DNA from: Eledone cirrhosa
Taxonomy: Eukaryota
NCBI GenBank assembly: GCA_964016885.1
Contig: OZ024741.1
Location: 332,258,001 to 332,322,000 of the forward strand
Direction of reading: 5' to 3'
Length of the DNA stretch: 64,000 nt
Positions 55,000-64,000 of the stretch are shown piece by piece. The stretch's first letter is position 1, and every line of letters begins with the position of its first letter. The position numbers and the translations under genes are program-made. The notes under the pieces were generated by a model. It worked only from the letters and a program-made list of their open reading frames with translations. It had not been told where the DNA came from and ran no database searches.

Positions 55000-55312
55000 C
55001 CATTGGTTACAATAGGGTGTTCTAGTCATTTCTTCAACAGAACTTGCTCATGAAATTAACCTGCAAGTGGCTGAGCATTCCAGAAAGACATGCACCCACC
55101 CTGAATCCTAAATGTAATTCTCAGGGAGTTTAAGCGTGATACAAGGTATGATAAGGCTGCCCCTTTGAATTAAAGATACAACTCATTTTGGCCAGCTGAG
55201 TAAACTGGAGCCATGTGAAATAAGTGTCTTGTTTAAGGACACAATGTGCTACTGTGAATTGAACTCACCATCTCAGTGTGAGTCAAACAACCTAACCACT
55301 AAGCCACACACA
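55000..55312 (-). mobile_element. CORE-like SINE (different tail)
   Basis: Minus strand gtggcttagtggttagg, gagttcaattc, gtccttaaacaagacactt, ctccagtttactcagctgg. Confidence 0.6.
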
Positions 55313-55977
55313 TCTGCACATATATTTTCTTTTATTCTGTTATCTGTTTTACTCATTGGACTGTGGCCATGCTGGGGCATGATTTTAAAGGTTTAGTTGA
55401 TAATACCAACTCCTACCGAAGTCAACTTTGACTTTCATCCCTTCAGGATTGATAAAATAAAGTACCAGTCTAGTACTGGGGTTGATTCATCCTCTATATC
55501 TCTTCCTCACTTCCATTCTTTCACTTTCTATTCTTCTCTGGAAGAAATCTGGAGAGGGGTTGGGCACTGCCAGGTTTAAAAACATGTCCTAGATACACCA
55601 CATATCAATACGGTGCCCCTACAATTCCCCCAAGAATTATAGGACCATACATATCAACCTCTACCTCCCAGAACACATTTCAGTCTGTTACATATTTTAT
55701 CAATCTCTGTTTATTAAACTGCTAAGTTACAGGATGTACAAATGCAGCAGGATGCACAAATGCAGCACAGCTTAAAACAGTCGAAGGGGGGGGGGGTAAC
55801 AGAATTGGTGATGAGCAGATGGGATGGTATGAAGTATGCAAGTTCTAATCCCACATCCTTCTACCAGATGTGACCAACAGATCGTATCAGCAATGGAACA
55901 ACTAATGGAAACAGTTTTCTTGGTCCTATCTCATGAATGGCTCTTTCTTTTCCTTTTCCTTTCTAGTTGTACTAGTG

Positions 55978-56990
55978 ATAGTGGTGGTGGTGGTGGTGGT
56001 GGTGGTAGTGGTAGTAGTAGTGGCAGTGGTGGTGGTGGTAGTGGTAGTAGTAGTGGCAGTGGTGGTAGTAGTAGTGGTGGTGGTAGTGGCAGTGGTGGTA
56101 GTGGTAGTAGTGGTGGTGGTAGTGGTGGTGGTAGTAGTAGTGGCAGTAGTGGCAGTAGTAGTGGCAGTAGTAGTGGTAGTGGTGGTAGTAGTAGTGGTGG
56201 TGGTTGTAATTGTAGTTATAGTAGTTGTTGTTTAGTCAAATATTACGCTTGATTGAACCAATATATGATGAAAGGGATACAAGCCATAACCATCCCATCA
56301 TTCTGTGGTGGTGGTGGTGGTGGTGGCAGCCATGATAGTAATGATAATGGTGGCGATGGTTGTGGTGGTAGAGATGGTGTAGTGGTGGGGTGGCCATGAT
56401 AGTAATGATGGTGATGGTTGTGGTGATAGTGATGGAGGTGTGGTAGTGATTGTGTGGTGGTAGTGGCCATAGTAGGAATAGTAGTAGTTGTGATGGTGTT
56501 GGTCATGGTAGGAATGGCGGTGGTGACCATTGTAGGAATGGTAGTGGTGGTGGTAGTTGTGTTGATAGTGGTGGTTGTGGTAGGAATGGTGGTAGTTGTG
56601 TTGATAGTGGTGGTCGTGGTAGGAATGGTGATGGTGTTGTTGGTGGTGGTAGTGGCCATAGTAGGAATAGTAGTAGTTGTGATGGTGTTGGTCATGGTAG
56701 GAATGGTGGTGGTGGCCAGAGTAGGAATGGTAGTGGTTGTGGTGGTAGTTGTGTTGAGAGTGGTGGTGGCCATAGTAGGAATGGTAGTGGTTGTGGTGGT
56801 AGTTGTGTTGATAGTGGTGGTGGCCATAGTAGGAATGGTAGTGGTTGTGGTGGTAGTTGTGTTGAGAGTGGTGGTGGCCATAGTAGGAATGGTAGTGGTA
56901 GTTGTGTTGGTAGTGGTGGTCGCAGTAGAAATGGTGGTGTTGGTGGCCATAATAGTAAATGGTATTGATGTTGGTGGTAACAGTTGAAGT
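55978..56990. repeat. GGT/AGT-rich compound repeats
   Basis: Direct reading; poly-Gly/Ser/Val/Thr ORFs are artefacts. Confidence 0.9.
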
Positions 56991-57394
56991 AGTGATACCA
57001 TGATGATATTCCTGACAGTGGTAATTTGCAGTATAGACTGGATTAGAGTAAAATGAAGTGGCAATGGTATACAGCAGGTGATGGCTGGGAAATTGGGTGG
57101 GTGGGCGGACAGGCAGGCTGGTGGGTGGGGGTTAGGCAGGTGGGTGGGTGCATGTTATAAAGGAAGGAAGTGTTGTTCTTGTGTTTTTTTTATTTTAAGC
57201 AAACCATGGTTTGCTAGGAAAGGAAGTGTGAAAAGCTACATAGAGAGGCAGAGAGAGGATAAAAGCAACATTGAACCCTTACAATGTGATGATAATTACT
57301 CAGGTTAAGAAAAACAACACAAAACAATGAGTTAAAATCAATATATTTTATTGTCATTCTTTAGATAATGAAAATAATAAAACAAACAAGAGTA

Positions 57395-57447
<53 letters not shown>

Positions 57448-58164
57448 GACACACTGGTATAATTTCCTAATTCATTCATTCTTTCAAGCCTTCTTCATTA
57501 CTCCTCAACTTTAATACTCTCAGAATGAAATCATAAGCTGCTGCTTCTCTTCTCTTTTGCTTTCTTCTTTCTTTACCTCTTCTTTCTTTACCTCTTTCTC
57601 CTCTTTCTCTATTTTCTTCTTTACCTCTTTCTCTCTTCATTTTCTTCTTTACCTCATTCTCCTCTTTCTCTCTTCATTTTCTTTTCTACCTCTTTCTCCT
57701 CTTTCTCTCTTCATTTTCTTCTTTCTTTACCTCATTCTCCTCTTTCTAGCTTCATTTTCTTCTTCTGCTTCGCCTTCTCCACCTCTTCTTTCTCTTTCTA
57801 CTCTTTCCTCTCTTCTTCTGAGCTCTCCCATCTGAGCTCTCCCATCCATACTTCTGTTCAACATGAACCCTACACCTCTCCACCTCATAACTGCCATCAC
57901 CACTCTCTACTTTTTCATCTCTGCTTCTCTTTTCTCTCCTCTTACCTCTCTCCCATCCATGCCTCTACTCAACCCAAACCCTTCATCTCTCCACCAGCTC
58001 AACCCTACCATTACACACTTCTGTCACACCCTGTAACACTAAGCACAACTTTCATCCTATCTTCCCTTGAAAAATTAAATAAATTATTTAATAAATAAAA
58101 ATATAGCTAAAAAAAAGATCTTCTCAACTATTGTTCTTTGTCTTCTTTTTCTCTATCTCTCTTT

Positions 58165-59140
58165 TTCTCTTTTTCTAATATTACCATTCTCACTCTCTCT
58201 CTCTCTTTCTAACACTACCATTCTCACTCTCTCTCTCTCTCTTTCTAACACTACCATTCTCCCTCTCTCTCTCTTTCTCTCTCTTGCTCTCTCCCTTTCT
58301 AACACTATCATTCTCACTCTCTCTCTTGCTCTCTCCCTTTCTAACGCTACCATTCTCCCCCTCTTGCTATCTCCCTTTCTAACACTATCATTCTCACTCT
58401 CTCTCTCTTGCTCTCTCCCTTTCTAACGCTACCATTCTCCCCCTCTTGCTCTCTCCCTTTCTAACACTATCATTCTCACTCTCTCTCTCTTGCTCTCTCC
58501 CTTTCTAACACTACCATTCTCCCTCTTGCTCTCTCTGTTGCTCTCTCCTTTTCTAACGCTACCATTCTCACTCTCTCTCTTGCTCTCTCTCTTTCTAACA
58601 CTACCATTCTCCCTCTTGCTTTCTCCCTTTCTAACACTACCATTCTCCCTCTTGCTCTCTCTCTTTCTAACTCTACCATTCTCCCTCTTGCTTTCTCCCT
58701 TTCTAACACTACCATTCTCCCTCTTGCTCTCTCTCTTTCTAACTCTACCATTCTCCCTCTTGCTTTCTCCCTTTCTAACACTACCATTCTCCCTCTTGCT
58801 CTCTCTCTTTCTAACACTACCATTCTCCCTCTCTTGCTTTCTCCCTTTCTAACACTACCATTCTCACTCTGTCTCTCTCCCTTTCTAACACTACCATTCT
58901 CACTCTCTCTCTCTCTCTTTCTAACACTACCATTCTCACTCTCTCTCTCTTTCTCTTTTTCTAACACTACCATTCTCACTCTCTCTTTCTCTAACATTAC
59001 CATTCTCACTTTCTCTTTCTCTTTTTCCAAAACTACCACTCTCACTCTCTCACTCTCTCTTCTAACACTACCATTATCTTGACATTCTTTCTCTAAGACT
59101 ACCACTGTCTCTCTCTCTCACTCTCTCTCGCACTACCATT
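58165..59140. repeat. CT-rich ~36-40-bp minisatellite (tttctaacactaccattctccctcttgctctctccc)
   Basis: Tandem units read directly. Confidence 0.92.
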
Positions 59141-59757
59141 TTCTCCTTGTTTTACACAACCATATTCACTCTCTCCCCCTTCCCACCCTTCTCCCTCCCT
59201 CTAACTACCATTCTCTCCTCCCTCCTTCCCTACCTATCATTAACTGCTGTTTATTGTTTTTTTTCTCTATTTAGTAGTTGTTCCCCTCAAGTTATTAGTC
59301 TAGGTGTCAACCTTTATTATAATATGTACCTCTCAGGCGAGGCTAATTACTTTTGACTGACGATTCTACTTTCACACACGAGATAATTATACAGCACAGG
59401 AAATAAACTGCTTACAGAATTGCAGTTATTTTCCTAAATTTAAATTTACAATTAAAACAACCCCACACCTTACCCCACCCCCCAAACATACAAAAAAAAT
59501 TTTTCTTTTTACAAAATAGTTTTTTTTAAATTATGTAAAAAGTACAAAAAACAAAACAAAAACAACAGCAACAACCTGCTCTTCTTTCTACCTTTCCTTG
59601 AAAATTAGGAATATTCATTAAAGTGTGAAAAATTATTATCTGTAAATCTATAATGAACGGCTTAAGTTGAAATTTAGTTAGTTTTTCAATTGTATAAGTA
59701 GTAGTGTGTGTGTAGGTTAATAACAAGGGTGTGTGTGTATGTGCGTGTGTGTGTGTG

Positions 59758-59802
<45 letters not shown>

Positions 59803-59857
59803 TTATATATTAGTTTTGCAAGGTTTTTGATATGAAATCGTGTGTCGAAACAAATAT

Positions 59858-60470
59858 TGTTATACTTGGGGAGGGTCATATTTGTGTAATAATATTGCCA
59901 GAATTAATAACAGAAAAAATGAATGGAATAACAACAACACCCAAACAAACAACACTGACCTAAGAGAAGTATAAATAAATAAATAAATAAATACATACAC
60001 AAGCATAATAACAACAAACACATATAAACACACACTAGTAAACTAAGATAGAATACAATAACCAATACACAGTCACCCAAACACGAACACACATCAAACA
60101 AAACATTATACACACACGCAAACGCATGCGCAGAGAAGACAAAAAAAAAAACAACAAATAAATAAATAAATAAACAGACTAAATAAAGATGGCGTAGGCA
60201 TACAATGCAACGGGAGGAAACATAATAGCACCACTGACGATGTTGCAGATGTGCAACGAAAGAACTTTGTTAGACTATATATATGTGTTTGTGTCTATAT
60301 TGTATCTGTATTTTTGACCGTCGGTCAGTCAATGGTAACATTGAGAACCGAATAAATTAAATTAACCAATATAAAAGACACAGAAGCGAAAACCAACCAA
60401 ACAGTGAGTGTGTTCTGTTATTAATTCTGGCAATATTATTACACAAATATGACCCTCCCCAAGTATAACA
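59858..60470. mobile_element. Non-autonomous element with TGT..ACA ends, 58-bp perfect TIRs and 4-bp TSD (Ginger-like)
   Basis: 59858-59915 is the reverse complement of 60413-60470; atat on both sides. Confidence 0.8.
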
Positions 60471-60490
60471 ATATATTTATATATATATAT

Positions 60491-60674
60491 AATTGTTTCT
60501 ACTTTTGGCACAAGGCCAGCAATTACCCAGTGTATTACTGGTACTTTATTTTATCGACCCCGTAAGGATGAAAGGCAAAGTTAACCTCGGCGGGATTTGA
60601 ACTCAGAATGGCAAGGGCTCTAATTCTATGCGTTAAAGCATGGCGTCTGACCCTCTACCGATACTGCCAATCCG
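60491..60674 (-). mobile_element. Meta-like tRNA SINE
   Basis: Same family as 5177-5367. Confidence 0.85.
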
Positions 60675-61477
60675 TTAGGTGTATACTACAGTTATAGTTG
60701 GCGCAGCATTCGAAGTACTGAATGCTGTTACGAGGTCCGTCTCTTGTTGGGTTGTATCCCAGAGTTAAGGTAACTATAGTGTGCAGAGTGTAAATAAATT
60801 AAGTAGAATCAAAATCAGTGTTGCAGCATATGTACAAACTCTATTTGCATATTACAATTGTTTCAATATCGATCAGCTCAGAGTACAACTATAACAGTTT
60901 CCAGGGCCTATTGCAAAGAGTTAATCAACACAGGGCCCCTGTGTACTGTTTGTATGTCTGTGTGTTCCTTTTGCATATGAGACTATTGCTGCCTCAGGTT
61001 GTTGTAATTTATATGATCGAGATCAATGATCAGTTTCCAGGGCCCACTGCGAAGGGGTCAACAAACTTGGGCTCCATAATCATTTTCTGTTTGATTTCCA
61101 TGCTGGCATTGGTCATGAGTTATCTCAGTTCAAGATATGTCAGTGAACCATGTCTTGCTCTTATATTCCATTTGTGTCATGGTTTCTACAGTTGGATGCC
61201 CTTCCTAACATTAGCAATTTTATAGTGTACTAAGTGCATTTATTGTGGCTTAAGTGCTACCAATTTACAGAGTGTAGTGAGTACATTTATCTTTGTACCA
61301 GCACTACCACTTTAAAAAGTACTGGATGCTTTTTATTGTGGCATAGCCACTACCACTTTATAGAATGTAATAAGTACATTTTATCTTGACACCAGAAACT
61401 ACCACTTTACAGAATGTACTAGGTGCATTTTATATTGGCACTGGTACTACCACTTTATAGATAATAATAATGATAAC

Positions 61478-61855
61478 AATGGTTTCTGATTTAGGCGCAA
61501 GGTCAACAATTTGGGAGGAGGGGAAGTAATTTATATCGACCCCAGTGTGTTACTGGTACTTTATTTTAACGACTATAAGGATGAAAGACAAAGCTAACCT
61601 CAGTGGGATTTGAATGTAAAGGCCCAAAACTCTATGCTGCAAATCCACTGCTGATCCACTGCCCTTTATAATAATAATTGTTTCTATTTTTGGCACAAGG
61701 CCAGTACATTACTGGTACTTTACTTTATCGACCCTGTAAGGATGAAAGGCAAAGTTAACCTCGGCGGGATTTGAACTCAGATCATAAAGGGACGTAACTC
61801 TATGCTTCAAAGCATGGTGTCCGACTTTCTACCGATACTGCCAATCCACCGCCCT
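61478..61855 (-). mobile_element. Two tandem Meta-like SINE copies
   Basis: 61478-61663 (more diverged) and 61676-61855. Confidence 0.8.
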
Positions 61856-62147
61856 TTATAATAATAATAATAAAATATGTATACTATACACAAGCCATTA
61901 CATTACAGTGTTCAAGTGGGCCTACTAATCTCTCAGCAGGACCAGATGTCTGCAACTCACTTACATTCGATGCCACACTTTACCATGTGCATTTTATCAT
62001 GGCACCAACACTAGGGGTGTTGACATGTCTTTGACATAACTGAAGGATGCTCACAACCGATTGTTTGTCAGATTGTCTATGGCTGGACGTTGCTTCCTAT
62101 TATCAACCAAATTTACAGAGTTTACTGGATGGATTTACCATTTAGAT

Positions 62148-62318
62148 CAGGCATGTCAAACATGCGGCTCACTACAAGCACGCCTGCGGCCCGCACAAAA
62201 GTTTTTACAGAGCGAGCGTAATATAAAATAAAGAATATTAGCTGTAATGTGCACAATTAGTTCTCATGTGTGGCCCTCAGACAACGCATGTGTGGCCCTT
62301 GGGGGTTTGACATGCCTG
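62148..62318. mobile_element. hAT MITE, 171 bp
   Basis: Perfect 14-bp TIR caggcatgtcaaac / gtttgacatgcctg; 8-bp TSD atttagat at 62140-62147 and 62319-62326. Confidence 0.92.
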
Positions 62319-62439
62319 ATTTAGATCACCAGCACTAAGGAGGTTGTCATGTCTTTGAAAGGACTCAAGAGGGTAGTCAGTGTTTTTTGGCATTAGAGAT
62401 ATCGTAATGAAAGGATTAACTAAGAGATTGTAAATTTCG

Positions 62440-62725
62440 ATATGGATTTCGATATCTCCAAGATCAGAGAGTTGCTACTTATCTGAATTGAGAGATCAGA
62501 GCTCCAAAATTATGGACATGTGGTTAGAATGTCTCAGGAAAGAAATGCTGGAAAGATTTTACAAATAAAACCAACTGGCAGGCGACCCAGGGATAGACCC
62601 TGAGCAATATGGTTGGATAACATCCATGAGCTTGGCTGGTCTTGCTTGGGGAACCAGCTGGATTAGTTGGAAAGTGTGCTTAAGGGCTTTACCCACATGA
62701 CTCTCTCAGAAATAATTAAGCAAAG
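62440..62725 (+). mobile_element. RTE-like LINE 3' fragment
   Basis: YGHVVRMSQER..KPTGRRPRDRP*..WLDNI. Confidence 0.75.
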
Positions 62726-63295
62726 AACTTTTTAAGCAATGTTCCAAACATCAGAATCACTTTTAACATCCAGTACCACATGAAGCCATATTACCAAGAA
62801 TCTCTTGAAAAGTACAAAGCAGCATAATGACTGCATCATATTACTTTAAAACTACATTTTCACAGCAATATGTCAATTAGTAAAGATATCATTAACATTT
62901 GAGACAGTTGCTTCTGACAGAACCCACTAGAAGGCATGTCTGAGGACTCTGCCCCTACGACCCACTTAGGAATAAATGAGTAAAAGAAAAAAGATTATAA
63001 ATGTATCTTAAATTTAAAAAAATAAATTGGTTATTATTGATATTATAGTATGTTTAGTGAAATAAATGTAAATATTAACCGATTTTAAAAGACATTTCTG
63101 GTTCTCTGGTCAGCCTTCCTTATGTTAGTGTCTCTCTCGATAGGAAAACATATACATATGTATTTATGTATATGATATGTATATAGATATATGTGTGTAT
63201 GTGTATTTATGTGTATATTTGTATATATATACATACAAATATGTGTGTGTCTACATATATGTATGTACAAGTATATTCATACATGTGTGTGTGTA

Positions 63296-63327
<32 letters not shown>

Positions 63328-63374
63328 TCACATACTTATATACATAAATAAATGAATAAATAAATAAATAAATG

Positions 63375-63418
<44 letters not shown>

Positions 63419-63876
63419 AAATATCACTCAGAAAATATTGTCTTTGATTCATATATCTTCTGCTTGTTCATGTAACACCACTACCACCACCATCACCATT
63501 ACTACACCATCACCACTACTACATTACCACCGCTACACCACCACCACCACCACCAGCTCACCTCCCACTACCAGCTTATCTTTATAAATTTCTAACTACA
63601 ATGTCAACTATTTCTGTAGTTCTGTATATGATTTTCCGACTCTTATCTTTTGCCTCTTTCCTTTTTCTTTTCATTCTTTATTGAGTTATTCTGCAGAGAT
63701 AAGGAAGCTTAAAAGAAATTCTTCCAGGACTAAATATTATTTTGAATAATCAAATATCATTCTCTTCTTTTTTCTCTCTTTTTTTTTCTTATTTCCGTTA
63801 TCTTTCTGCCCCATCCCACCACCACCACTCTTTCACACACCCCACAAACATACACACACACACATATATGTATGTG

Positions 63877-63936
<60 letters not shown>

Positions 63937-64000
63937 TATATTATACATATATATATATACAGTCATACACACATTATATATATATATATATATATATATA

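Noticed and set aside
55836-56252. Gly/Ser-rich ORF with a hydrophobic stretch
   Set aside because: GGT/AGT microsatellite; no supporting gene structure

Overview
Repeat-saturated, AT-rich animal DNA with no intact protein-coding gene. The SINE and LINE complement and the microsatellite load suggest a coleoid cephalopod (octopus-like); this is an inference. Almost every ORF in the track is a translation of micro- or minisatellites. What can be supported: decayed RTE-clade and CR1-like LINE fragments; several tRNA-derived SINE families (CORE-, Meta- and V-domain-like); MITEs of hAT, Tc1/mariner, piggyBac-like and Ginger-like type with visible TIRs and TSDs; a 5'-truncated 5S rRNA copy fused to a SINE-like tail; large minisatellite arrays; and two weak candidate micro-exons. 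The most striking structure is a set of short elements carrying type I hammerhead ribozyme (HHR) motifs from at least four sequence families. They resemble Penelope-like pseudo-LTRs, mostly sit inside (TA)n tracts, and are repeatedly folded back into palindromes whose turn-around point lies at or next to the ribozyme. Also notable is a ~70-unit 21-bp array that reads YVPHSPS, a near match to the RNA polymerase II CTD heptad YSPTSPS.
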